A DNA stretch of 63,643 nt, filler included, from Licmophora abbreviata (GCA_900291995.1; 12 parts of 12 records of this genome joined end to end with filler, not necessarily neighbours in it); one strand, 5' to 3'. Counted from the whole stretch's first letter, positions 47,424-58,006 are shown. Made by a program: numbers and translations. Notes: generated by a model not told the origin, from the letters alone.

Positions 47424-48791
47424 CTAGACCGGCTGCGGCAAGCTGCCGATCCGGTGCGCGGCATAGATCCGCGCCAGCTTTTCCACGGCCTGTTCGGGCG
47501 GCAATTCCTCGCTTTCGCCAGTGCGGCGGCTGGTCAGCTCGACCACGCCATTCTTGAGCCCGCGCGGCCCCACGGTGATCCGCCACGGCAGGCCGATCAG
47601 GTCCATCGTCGCGAATTTCGCCCCGGCCCGATCATCCGTGTCATCATAGAGCGGCTCGAGCCCGAGGGCCGTCAGCGAGGCATAGATCGCCTCGCAGGCG
47701 GCATCGGCCTCGGCGTCGCCGGTCTTGAGGTTGACGATCCCAGCATGGAACGGGGTCACGCCTTCGGGCCAGATGATGCCGCGCTCATCGTGGCTGGCTT
47801 CGATGATCGCGCCGATCAGGCGGCTGACGCCGATGCCGTGGCTGCCCATGTGGACCGGCACGGTGTTGCCGTCACGGTCCTGCACGGTGGCGCCCATCGG
47901 TTCGGAATACTTGGTGCCGAAATAGAAGATCTGGCCCACTTCGATGCCGCGCCCGCTGCGGCGGCGCTCTTCGGGGACGCGGTCATGGAACACGGCCTCG
48001 TCGTGGGTGTCGTCGGTGCGGGCATAGCGCGAGGTGAATTCCTCCATCACCGCCTGACAGGCCGCGACGCTGGTATAGTCGATCTCGCGGTCGCCAAAGC
48101 GCAGATCGGTGATTTCGCTGTCATAGAACACGCCGGATTCGCCGGTTTCGGCCAGCACGAGGAATTCATGCGTATCGTCGCCCCCGATGGGGCCGCTTTC
48201 GGCGCGCATCGGAATGGCCTGCAGGCCCATCCGTTCGTAGGTGCGCAGATAGCTGACCAGATGGCGGTTATAGGCGTGCAGCGCATCCTCGCGCGTCAGG
48301 TCGAAATTGTAGCCGTCCTTCATGAAGAACTCGCGGCCCCGCATCACGCCGAAACGCGGGCGGATCTCGTCGCGGAATTTCCACTGAATATGATAGAGCG
48401 TTAGCGGCAGATCCTTGTAGCTGCCCACATGGCTGCGGAAGATGTCGGTGATCAATTCCTCGTTGGTCGGCCCGTAAAGCAGGTCACGCCCCTGACGGTC
48501 CTTGATGCGCAGCATTTCCTCGCCGTAATCGTCATAGCGGCCGCTTTCGCGCCACAGGTCGGCGGGCTGCAGAGTGGGCATCAGCATCGGGATATGCCCT
48601 GCGCGGATCTGTTCCTCGTGGACGATATTTTCCAGCTTGCGCAACACCTTGAAGCCCATCGGCAACCAGGAATAGATCCCGGCGGAGGCCTGTTTGATCA
48701 TGCCCGCGCGCAGCATCAGGCGATGGCTGGCGATCTGGGCCTCGGCGGGGGTTTCCTTGAGAACGGGCAGGAAGTAGCGGGACAGGCGCAT
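47424..48791 (-). CDS. proS: Proline--tRNA ligase (alphaproteobacterial short form)
   Basis: [74 protein letters not shown] and [11 protein letters not shown]. Confidence 0.97.
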   Translation of the reverse strand: MRLSRYFLPVLKETPAEAQIASHRLMLRAGMIKQASAGIYSWLPMGFKVLRKLENIVHEEQIRAGHIPMLMPTLQPADLWRESGRYDDYGEEMLRIKDRQGRDLLYGPTNEELITDIFRSHVGSYKDLPLTLYHIQWKFRDEIRPRFGVMRGREFFMKDGYNFDLTREDALHAYNRHLVSYLRTYERMGLQAIPMRAESGPIGGDDTHEFLVLAETGESGVFYDSEITDLRFGDREIDYTSVAACQAVMEEFTSRYARTDDTHDEAVFHDRVPEERRRSGRGIEVGQIFYFGTKYSEPMGATVQDRDGNTVPVHMGSHGIGVSRLIGAIIEASHDERGIIWPEGVTPFHAGIVNLKTGDAEADAACEAIYASLTALGLEPLYDDTDDRAGAKFATMDLIGLPWRITVGPRGLKNGVVELTSRRTGESEELPPEQAVEKLARIYAAHRIGSLPQPV

Positions 48792-48923
48792 GACGGACCT
48801 CGGGCAATGGGTTTCGGCCTGTCCTAGCCGGAAGGTGCCGTACTGGCAAGCGGGGGCGTGGTCCTTGCACCACAGGCCGTTTCCCGCGATGGTTGCGGCA
48901 GACGCGTCAGGGGTGCCGGGGTT

Positions 48924-50508
48924 ATGGAACGCAAGCCATCAAGAAACGTGCTGGACTGGATGGGCATCAGCGATGCGCCGGACTGGTCGGTCGCCCGTCC
49001 CTTGGGTGCGCTGGTGTCCTTGCTGCTGGTGTTGCTGTTCGCGGGCGCGCTGGTTGCGGCCTTCGTGCTGATCGGCCGCACGATCCTTGGCGACGGCGGC
49101 GCGGGCAGCACTCTTGGCACCGGCGCGCTGATCGTGGCACTGCTGGGTGCGCCCTTCCTGATCTGGTCCACGGTCCTGAAGCACGAGACGGTCCGCTATC
49201 AGAAAGAGGGCCATATCACCGNNNNNNNNNNNNNNNNNNNNNNNNNNNNNNNNNNNNNNNNNNNNTTAATTAATTAANNNNNNNNNNNNNNNNNNNNNNN
49301 NNNNNNNNNNNNNNNNNNNNNTCCCCAATATCGAGGTGCGCATCGGCGCGATCCTGTCGCTGGAGCGCATCGCGCAGGACAGCACCCGTTACGACAAGGG
49401 CCGCGATCATGTGCGGGTGATGGAGATTCTCTGTGCCTATATCCGCGAAAACTCCAAAGCCAGACCGCCTGTGGATTTCCCTGAGCCGGAGTGGGAGCCG
49501 TTGAAGGACGATGCGGCCGAGGAAGAGCGGGCATCGCATCTGGAAAAGCGGCGGGAGAGGTTTGGCGTTAATTTTACCGAATCCAAAGCATATCAGTGGG
49601 GGCAATCCCTTCGCGAACCGCGCGCCGATATCGCGCAAGCCTTGCTGGTGCTGGGTCGTCGCACGGCGGATCAGAGAAAGGTCGAAGCCGCCTGGCCCGA
49701 TCCGCCCGACAAAGACACGAAATGGGTTTTCGACATCCCTTGCCCCGAATTGCCCGACATCGAGGACGGCGAGACGCGGGATCCGGCCCAGATCAAAGCG
49801 TTGAAGGAAAAATTGGCCGAGTGGAAACGAACCCTGCGCGCGTATTCAGGCTATCGTCTTGACCTGCGCGGCGCCAACCTACAACGCGCGGATTTGTCCG
49901 CCAAACGCCCGGACCGATCCGATGCGGTCTTTGCGGGGACCGATCTGCGCGATGCAAGGCTGGAAGGGTCAGCCTTCAGAAACGCGCGATTGGAGGGAGC
50001 AAACCTCAGCAGTGCGCGGATGGAGGGGGCAACCCTCAACAGCACGCAGATGGAAGGGGCAACCCTATGGAATGTCCGCATGGAAGGGGCAGAGATATTT
50101 GCAGCGCGAATGATCGGAGCAGAGATTTTGGAAGCAGGAATTGAAGGGGCAGACACTAGAAACGCACGAATGGAGGGGGCATACCTTTTGGACGTTAGGA
50201 TGGAGGGGGCGCATCTTTGTGCTGCGCGGATGGAGGGGGCGGTTATCAGCGGCTTCCGAATGGACAAGAGAACCGACTTTACCGCAGCAGTGTTCTGCGG
50301 CGCTGCTACCAAGTTGGTTGATTTTCGTGCCAACCCCATTCCAGCCGACCAAATCAATACAGCCTTCGGCGATGGCTCGACCAAACTGCCAGACGCTATC
50401 CCTCGTCCCGCCCATTGGCCCAAGGCGAAACTCCTTTGGCGCGACTTCGAAACCCAATACCAAAAATGGCTCACCAATCCCGATACCTACACCCCGCCCG
50501 ATCCCTGA
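48924..50508 (+). CDS. Membrane-anchored pentapeptide-repeat protein, spanning the sixth spacer
   Basis: Two N-terminal TM helices, EGHIT before the gap, then [20 protein letters not shown]...[24 protein letters not shown] and about 11 decamer repeats of ARMEGA type. Confidence 0.85.
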
Positions 50509-50670
50509 CCAAGCGGCACGCCGGCTGTGACCTACAAGGAACAGCCCGCCTTCCCCGGCCCAAGCCCCGCAAGTGACGGCCGGGCGCGATATGCATGGGA
50601 TATGCCGCCTTTCCTCTTGAAACCAACCGCCTGTGAGGCGACATAGGAGCAGGCCAGTCACGGAGTTCTC

Positions 50671-51480
50671 ATGGCATTGTCGGTGCGCGATCAGATGAAG
50701 TATTGGGGCGTTGCGGCGGTCGTCTTTGTCCTTGCGCTGTGGTTTCTGGGCGACGTGATCCTGCCCTTCGTGCTGGGCGGGGCCATTGCCTATTTCCTCG
50801 ATCCTGTCGCGGACCGGCTGCAACGGATGGGGGCCTCGCGCGCGCTTGCGGTCAGTCTCATCACCTTGGGCGCGCTCATGGTCTTTGTGCTGATGGCACT
50901 TCTGGTGATCCCGACGCTGGTGCAGCAAACCGTGGCGCTGATCGACACCGCGCCGCAGCTTTTCAACAAGTTCCAGCAAGTCCTGACCGAGCGTTTCCCG
51001 GCGATCGTCGACGAAAACTCGACCCTGCGCCAGTCGCTGATCGCGGTGGGCGAAACGATCCGCGAACGGGGCGGAGAGGTGCTCAACTCGCTCCTGAGTT
51101 CGGCGGCGTCGCTGTTGAACGTCGTGCTTTTGTTCGTGATCGTTCCGGTGGTGGCCTTCTACCTGCTGTATGACTGGGACCGGATGCTCGGCCGGATCGA
51201 CGAGCTTTTGCCGCGCGACCATGCGCCGGTGATCCGCCGCCTTGCGGGTGAAATCGACCAGACATTGGCCAGCTTCATTCGCGGCATGGGCACCGTCTGC
51301 CTGATCCTTGGCACCTATTATGCCGTCGCGCTAATGCTGGTGGGGCTGCAATTCGGGCTGGTGGTGGGCGCGCTGGCGGGGCTGATTACCTTCATTCCCT
51401 ATGTGGGTGCCTTGGTGGGCGGGGCGCTGGCGATCGGGCTGGCGCTGTTCCAGTTCTGGGGCGATTGGCTGAGCATCGGG
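50671..51480 (+). CDS. AI-2E family transporter (PerM-like), 3' truncated by the spacer
   Basis: ILPFVLGGAIAYFLDPVADRL, VPVVAFYLLYDW, LASFIRGMGTVCLILG and FIPYVGALVGG. Confidence 0.92.
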
Positions 51481-51580
51481 NNNNNNNNNNNNNNNNNNNN
51501 NNNNNNNNNNNNNNNNNNNNNNNNTTAATTAATTAANNNNNNNNNNNNNNNNNNNNNNNNNNNNNNNNNNNNNNNNNNNN

Positions 51581-52709
51581 CGCGATCCGTCAGAAGGACA
51601 TGTTGCTGCATCACCCCTACGAGACCTTCGACATGGTGGTGCGCTTTCTGCATCAGGCCGCGCGCGACCCCGATGTGGTGGCGATCAAGCAGACGCTTTA
51701 CCGCACCTCGAAGGACAGCCCCATCGTCAGTGCCCTGTGCGAGGCCGCCGAAGACGGGAAATCCGTGACCGCACTTGTGGAATTGAAGGCGCGGTTCGAC
51801 GAGGCGGCGAATATCCGGCAATCCCGGCGGCTGGAGCGGGCGGGCGCGCATGTGGTCTATGGGTTTCTCGACCTCAAGACCCATGCCAAGATCTCGACCG
51901 TGGTGCGCCGCGAGGGCGACAGCCTTGTGACCTACACCCATTACGGGACCGGCAATTACCACCCGATCACCGCCAAGATCTATACCGACCTGAGTTTCTT
52001 CACCTGCGATCCGTCGCTCGGGCGGGACGCGACCAAGGTGTTCAACTACCTGTCGGGCTATGCGCAGCCCGAGAAGCTGGAAAACCTTGCCATTTCGCCC
52101 ATTTCGCTCAAGCCGCGCCTGCTCGAGATGATCGCCCGCGAGGCCGAGAACGTGCGCAACGGCAAGCCGGGGACGATCTGGGCCAAGATGAACGCGCTGA
52201 TCGAACCCGATGTGATCGACGCGCTGTACGAGGCCAGTCAGGCAGGCGTGCGCATCGATCTCGTGGTGCGCGGCATCTGCGGGCTGCGTCCCGGCATCAA
52301 GGGACTGTCCGAGAATATCCGTGTCAAATCGATCATCGGCCGGTTTCTCGAACATTCCCGGATCGTGTGCTTCGGCAACGGGACCGATCTTCCGTCGAAA
52401 AAGGCCCGGGTCTTCATCAGTTCGGCGGACTGGATGGGCCGCAATCTCAACCGGCGCGTCGAAACGCTGGTCGAGATCGAGAATCCCACCGTCAAGGCGC
52501 AGATCGTCGGTCAGATCATGGCCGCCAACATGGCCGATGTGGCGCAAAGCTGGATCATGGCCCCTGACGGCAGTTTCACCCGCGCCGAAACGGTCGAGGG
52601 CGAGTTTGCCTTCAACTGCCACCGCTTCTTCATGGAAAACCCGTCATTGTCGGGCCGAGGATCGGCGGGTGCTGCGGATGTGCCGAAACTGACCCATACC
52701 GAGGATTGA
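51581..52709 (+). CDS. ppk: Polyphosphate kinase 1, C-terminal half (5' end lost in the spacer)
   Basis: [71 protein letters not shown] and [15 protein letters not shown]. Confidence 0.96.
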
Positions 52710-52802
52710 TCCCGGCAAGGTTTTGCCGACACGCCACCCTGCCCCCTGACAGCATCTCCTTTCCTTCCTACCTAACCAGGAACCGACGAAAGAAGGTTGC
52801 AC

Positions 52803-53090
52803 ATGCTTGGATGGGCACTCACATTTCTTGTCATCGCGCTGATTGCCGGTGCGTTCGGCTTTGGCGGGATAAAGCGTTTCGCGAAAAACTTGTACCACAG
52901 ATTTTCGCGAAATGCGGTGCTCGGTTCAATCGTTGCACGCGTTCCGCCTGTCGCTGATACCTCAGGTTAAAGGCGGAACGCTTTAGCCACCACCTCGGCG
53001 GGGATCGCGCAAATTCTGTTCGTCATATTCCTTGCCCTCTTCGTGATCGCGATGTTCCTGCGCGTCCTCAAGGGGCGCCCACCGATGTGA
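52803..53090 (+). pseudogene. DUF1328 (YtjA/UPF0391) small membrane protein interrupted by a miniature inverted-repeat element
   Basis: Removing 114 nt restores MLGWALTFLVIALIAGAFGFGGI|ATTSAGIAQILFVIFLALFVIAMFLRVLKGRPPM* (57 aa). RBS-like AGAAGG lies upstream. The insert carries an in-frame TAA at 52968-52970. Confidence 0.9.
52870..52985. mobile_element. MITE-like palindromic element: 112 bp plus duplicated TA, with terminal inverted repeats and two internal hairpins
   Basis: TA at 52870-52871 and 52984-52985. TIR TAAAGCGTT/AACGCTTTA. Hairpin 1 pairs 52874-52887 with 52902-52915; hairpin 2 pairs GCGTTCCGCCT (52939-52949) with AGGCGGAACGC (52971-52981). Confidence 0.88.
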
Positions 53091-53187
53091 CCGGGTGACG
53101 GCGCGTCAGGCGCAGATCGGCGCATTCCCGCGATTGACCCATGGGGCGCTGTGGCGCATACAGGGCGTGGAAAGACCCGAGAGGCAC

Positions 53188-54747
53188 ATGGACGGCAACA
53201 GCACTCCGGCGCAGGAAGATAGCGGGCCCTTTGGGCGCCCGCTGTTCGACAAGCCTTCGGCCCGCGCACTCAGTCGCGTGGGCGTGGTGGATGTCGGCTC
53301 GAACTCGGTCCACCTGGTCGTGTTCGACGGCGCCGCCCGAAGCCCCGCCTATTTCTTCAACGAAAAGATCATGTGCGGGCTTGGCGCCGGCATGTCCGAG
53401 ACCGGGCGGCTCAACCCCGAGGGACGTGTGCGCGCCCTCAATGCGCTCAAGCGGTTCAAGCTTCTGGGCGACGGGATGGGCACCGGCCCGCTGACCGCCG
53501 TGGCCACCGCCGCGGTGCGCGACGCCGAAGACGGTGCCGAGTTCCGCGCCGAGGTCGAACGCGAGACGGGCATCCGCCTTTGGGTGATCGACGGGCGCGA
53601 AGAGGCGCGGCTCTCGGCACAGGGCGTGCTTCTGGGATGGCCCGGCTCTTACGGGCTGGTCTGCGATATCGGCGGCTCGTCCATGGAATTGGCCGAGATA
53701 AATGGTGGTACCGTGGGCAAGCGGATGTCCTGCTCGCTTGGCCCGCTCAAGCTGCGCGACATGAAAGGCGGCCGCAAGGCGCGCAAGGCGCTCATTGCCG
53801 ATACGGTAGCGCGTCTTCGCAGGGAACTGGGCGAACAGAAAAACCGCCTGTTTCTGGTGGGCGGCTCGTGGCGGGCCATCGCGCGGATCGACATGGAGCG
53901 GCGCGGCTATCCGCTGCAGGTGCTGCATGAATACCGCATGACGCCCAAGGCCGTGCGCGCCACCGCCAAGTATATCGCCGCCAACGATCTCGAAGAGCTG
54001 CGCANNNNNNNNNNNNNNNNNNNNNNNNNNNNNNNNNNNNNNNNNNNNTTAATTAATTAANNNNNNNNNNNNNNNNNNNNNNNNNNNNNNNNNNNNNNNN
54101 NNNNCGATATCGCCGTCTCGAGCTATGGTATCCGCGAGGGGCTGCTTTATGAGCAGATGCCCCAGCAGTTGCGCGACCGCGACCCACTGATCGAAGCCTG
54201 CCGCTTTGCCGAATCCAAGGATGCCCGGCTGCCCGGCTTTGGCCGTGTGGTCTATGAATTCATCGAACCGCTGTTCAAATCCGCCAAGCCCGACCGGCGC
54301 CGCATCATCAAGGCCGCCTGTCTTCTGCATGACGTATCGTGGCGCTCGCATCCCGATTACCGGGCCGAGGATTGTTTCGACAACGCCACCCGCGCCAATC
54401 TGGGCGGCTTGAAACATGCCGAGCGGATCTATCTGGGGCTCGCGCTCTTGCATCGCTATTCGAACAAACGCGAGGGATCGCGCTTCGAAGATCTCTATGA
54501 GCTGATCGACGAACAGGACGCCAAAGAGGCCGAGGTTCTGGGCAAGGCGATGCGCTTTGCCGCCATGCTCTGGCTGCGCTCGGACGCGAAACTTGGCCAG
54601 CTGCGCTGGTATCCCAAGAAGCGCAAGTTGGAACTCTATCTGTCGCCCGAGGCCGCGGCGCTTTTCGGCGAAGTCGCCGAGGCGCGATTCATGTCGCTGG
54701 TCGAGGCACTCGGGGCCGAGCCGGTGATCCGCACCGCCAAGACGTGA
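53188..54747 (+). CDS. ppx: Ppx/GppA exopolyphosphatase, spanning the eighth spacer
   Basis: VVDVGSNSVHLVVF, VATAAVRDAEDG, IDGREEA, DIGGSSMEL, VGGSWRA; after the gap SSYGIREGLLY and AACLLHDVSWR.HPDYR. RBS GAGAGG before ATG 53188. Confidence 0.93.
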
Positions 54748-54753
54748 GCCGCC

Positions 54754-55137
54754 TCAGATGTCGATCTCGCCCTCCTTGGGCGGCGCCGGTTCGATCTCTT
54801 CGGGGGTTTTACGGCGCAGGATAATATCGCCATTGGGCAGCATTTCCGGCGGATGATAGGCATTGAGATCGTCGATCTTGCCCATCAGCTCGCCAAAGGC
54901 AGGCCCCATTTCCTGAACGAAGCGGCGCAACTCCGGCCCCATGTCTTCGGCCAGATCGCGCAGATCCCGCATCGCCGGTTCCATCTCGCGCAGGATGCCT
55001 TCGAGGAACATCTGTGCGCCGCGCTCCATCAGCGACAGCCCCTCATCCGGCGTGCCCGCATCCTGTGCCTTGGCCGCACCAGCGACAGGCGCCGCCAGCA
55101 CCAATGCCACGAGAGATGTCAGGGCAATGCGTTTCAT
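54754..55137 (-). CDS. Conserved secreted hypothetical protein
   Basis: Signal peptide MKRIALTSLVALVLAAPVAGAAKA-Q; C-terminal YHPPEMLPNGDIILRRK typical of a Rhodobacteraceae family. Confidence 0.75.
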   Translation of the reverse strand: MKRIALTSLVALVLAAPVAGAAKAQDAGTPDEGLSLMERGAQMFLEGILREMEPAMRDLRDLAEDMGPELRRFVQEMGPAFGELMGKIDDLNAYHPPEMLPNGDIILRRKTPEEIEPAPPKEGEIDI

Positions 55138-55173
55138 CCAATCAATATAAGCGCATCGGATCACGATTTTAAG

Positions 55174-56205
55174 TCACAGATCGACATCCATCGTGACCGG
55201 GAAATGATCCGATGCCAAAAGCAGCGCCTCGCGCAACTCGGGGATGCGAAAGCAGCCCGGATCGTCGAACGGATGCCAGATCCGCCATCGCGGCTGCCGC
55301 GCCTCCAGATCCAAGGACACCATGATGTAATCCAGCAAAGCCTGAAGATAACGCTTCTCGGTGGGCAGATAGAACCGCGCTGTCGCGATCATCGCCCCGA
55401 TCCGCCGGGTCAAGGCCCGTCTTGCGTGCGGATCAAAAAGCTGTGCCGCCGCATCGCCCCCCTCGCCCATCACGATCTCGACCGAGGAGCGGCCAAAGAG
55501 ATGCTCATACTCGTCAAGCCCCGGACCGTCATTCAGATCGCCAAGCACGATCAACGTCTCGCCCTTGGTCAGATGCTCTTCGATCCGGTGGCGCAGCCAG
55601 ACCGCCTGCGCCTGTTGCTTGCGCCGGTTGGCGATCGCCATGCGCATGATCTGATCGCGTGACCGGGCCTTGTGCGGCGCCTTGGATTTCAGATGCGCCC
55701 CGATCATCCGGAAGGCGACACCGGTCGCGGTCGTGCAGGCCAATTCCAGCGGCGGCTTGGAAAACGCCACAAGATCCTCGGTATCGTCGATATCCAGATC
55801 GATCCGGAACACGCCGTCGAACCGCGGCGCATCGCTGGCACCCTTCTTTCCGGTGGGCTGGCCCTTGGGGTCATGCGCACAGCTCAGAACATCGGGATCA
55901 TAAAGCAGCGCGATTTCCTGCTGGGTGTCGTTGGCAAAGCCGGTGACGGCGCGGCGCGCACGGATCTGCGCGAAATCGGCAAAGCTTTCGAGCGCTGCGA
56001 CCGTGCTTCTGCCGTCCGTGTCGTCCGGCGCCTCGATCACCATGACGGCATCGGCATCGAGCGCGGTGAACACGATGCCCAAGGCCGCCAGTTGATCGGC
56101 CCGTGTTACCCCATGTCGCCTCGACCAGTCATCATCGGCCAAAAGCGCCCCCTCATCGTCGAACAGGGCATCGAACCATTCGACATTATAGGTGGCGATC
56201 CGCAC
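55174..56205 (-). CDS. Endonuclease/exonuclease/phosphatase (EEP) family protein
   Basis: RIATYNVEW, VMVIEAP, GAHLKSK, VLGDLNDGP, LLDYIMVS and ASDHFPV. Confidence 0.9.
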   Translation of the reverse strand: MRIATYNVEWFDALFDDEGALLADDDWSRRHGVTRADQLAALGIVFTALDADAVMVIEAPDDTDGRSTVAALESFADFAQIRARRAVTGFANDTQQEIALLYDPDVLSCAHDPKGQPTGKKGASDAPRFDGVFRIDLDIDDTEDLVAFSKPPLELACTTATGVAFRMIGAHLKSKAPHKARSRDQIMRMAIANRRKQQAQAVWLRHRIEEHLTKGETLIVLGDLNDGPGLDEYEHLFGRSSVEIVMGEGGDAAAQLFDPHARRALTRRIGAMIATARFYLPTEKRYLQALLDYIMVSLDLEARQPRWRIWHPFDDPGCFRIPELREALLLASDHFPVTMDVDL

Positions 56206-57009
56206 CCGCGGCCTCCTCGTTGATCTCCTNNNNNNNNNNNNNNNNNNNNNNNNNNNNNNNNNNNNNNNNNNNNTTAATTAATTAANNNNNNNNNNNNNNN
56301 NNNNNNNNNNNNNNNNNNNNNNNNNNNNNCCCGCGGCCTCCTCGTTGATCTCCTCCCAGGCGCGGTTGATGGCGACCATGCGATGTTCTGCCAGCCGGAT
56401 CGCCTCGGGCGGAACGCCGCGCGCGATCATCTTGTCGGGATGACTGTCACGGACCATCTGGTGCCACGCCTTGCGGATCTGCGGCAGCGGCGTATCGCGG
56501 CTGACCCCCAGAACCGAATAGGGATCGGGCTTTGCATCCGGCACGAAGCGGCTGCGCAGCCTGCGGAAATCGCCCTCGTCCAGACCGAAGATCTCCGCAA
56601 CCCGGCGCAAGAACGCCTCTTCCTGCGGATGATAGGTGCCGTCGGCCATGGCGATGTGGAACAGCCCCTCCATCAGATCGCATAGCGTGCCGGTCTCGCC
56701 GTCGAACATGCGCTTGATGCGGCCGGCATACTCCTCGAACCCCGCCACATCCTGCCGCGCCAGGTTGAAGACGCGGGCCGCACCGGCCTCATCCTCGCGG
56801 GCGATCTGGAACACCTCGCGGAAGGCGGTGACCTCGTCGCGGGTGACCTGACCATCGGCCTTGGCCATCTTGGCGCCAAGCGCGATCACCGCGATGGTGA
56901 AGCCGACGCTGCGCTCGGGCGGGCTGCGCAGCCTGTCGAAAACGGCACTCAGACCCTCTCCCTTGGCAAGGGCGGCAAGAGCTTCGGTGATGCGGGTCCA
57001 GATCGACAT
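56186..57009 (-). CDS. DjlA-like co-chaperone (TerB-like plus C-terminal J domain)
   Basis: FTIAVIALGAKMAKADGQV, LFHIAMADG and DPYSVLGV...HPDK. The 25-nt overlap across the spacer completes ...EEINEEAAGADRHL*. Confidence 0.88.
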
Positions 57010-57050
57010 GATAAAACCTACCCGCTTTCCCGGGCCCTGTCAGCGCGCAC

Positions 57051-57539
57051 TCACAGCTGTTTCTGCAAAAGAATCAGATCCAGCAAACGCCCGAATTTCC
57101 AACCGATTTGCGGCAGGACCGCGACGCGCGCATATCCCAGCCGCTCATGAAAGGCCACCCCACCCGGGTTTTCCCCGCTCACCGCGGCGATCATCGAATG
57201 CATGCCGGCACCACGGGCGTGATCCTCGAGCCGCTGCATCAGCAGCCGTCCCAGACCGCGCCCGCGTGCCGACGGGTCCAGCGTGATCGAGTGCTCGGCC
57301 GTGCGCGCATAGCCCGGACCGGGGCGGAACTGGCCATAGCTTGCCACCCCAAGCAGCGCGCCCGCCTCTTCGACCACAAGCAGTCCATGCCCCAGATCGC
57401 GCTTGGCTGCGATATCATCCGCCACATCCTGCGCGGTCTTTTCGCGGGTGGTGAAGGTGATGGTCGTGTCGCGGATCACCGGATTGACCAGCGCGGCGAT
57501 GGCTTGGGCATCGGCGGCCTCGGCATCGCGCAGGATCAT
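57051..57539 (-). CDS. GNAT N-acetyltransferase (phosphinothricin/YncA-like)
   Basis: TTITF, ASYGQFR..PGY..TAEHSI, ARGRGLGR.LM, FHERLGY and GWKFGR.LD. Confidence 0.9.
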   Translation of the reverse strand: MILRDAEAADAQAIAALVNPVIRDTTITFTTREKTAQDVADDIAAKRDLGHGLLVVEEAGALLGVASYGQFRPGPGYARTAEHSITLDPSARGRGLGRLLMQRLEDHARGAGMHSMIAAVSGENPGGVAFHERLGYARVAVLPQIGWKFGRLLDLILLQKQL

Positions 57540-58006
57540 TCCAGCACCCTCAGCCCACCGGGCGTACTGATCTCGGCCCGCAAGGATGGCGCGCCGATCT
57601 CGAACACCACGCGCGCGTCACTCAGATCCGGGCCCAGCATATCCGCCAGCCGCCCGGCTTGCGGATGGCGCACCACCAGCCGCGCCAGCCCGCAGCCCGA
57701 CGCGGTCAGCCTCTCGGCGGGATGCGCTTCGCACTCCCATTGCATGAGCGCGGGAAAGACACCATCGAAGGCCAAGCGCCCGTCGCGCGGCACCGCCATG
57801 CGCCAGCGCAAATCCCCCCGCGCCAGCGCCACGGGCGCCCCGGCTTGCGGATAGCGCACCAGGGCAGACCCCAGATCGTCGCTGCGGCAGATCCATGTCT
57901 GCAGCCTCGGGGCCGCATCGAACCGGTCCAAATCGAACCACCGCGCGCCCTCCGGCGCCGGCGCCTCCGGATCGATCGCGGTCACCTCCAGATACAGCGC
58001 GTCCTC
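57536..58006 (-). CDS. VOC/glyoxalase-like protein, 5' truncated by the spacer
   Basis: LYLEVTAIDP...RWFDLD...LQTWICR...RGDLRWRM...FPALMQW...HPA..L...GC.L; its stop overlaps the GNAT start (ATGA). Confidence 0.8.
   Translation of the reverse strand, partial: EDALYLEVTAIDPEAPAPEGARWFDLDRFDAAPRLQTWICRSDDLGSALVRYPQAGAPVALARGDLRWRMAVPRDGRLAFDGVFPALMQWECEAHPAERLTASGCGLARLVVRHPQAGRLADMLGPDLSDARVVFEIGAPSLRAEISTPGGLRVLE

Noticed and set aside
49945..50274. Diversity-generating retroelement target
   Set aside because: No reverse transcriptase or template repeat in the window, and the variation is not restricted to adenines.
52769..52802. EcfG general-stress promoter (GGAAC...GTT) upstream of DUF1328
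   Set aside because: The spacing between GGAAC and GTT is about 12 nt rather than 16-17, and the GTT abuts the RBS.
52870..52985. Self-splicing intron or selenocysteine/readthrough signal
   Set aside because: Too short for group I/II cores, the stop is TAA rather than TGA, and TA duplication plus TIRs fit a DNA MITE better.
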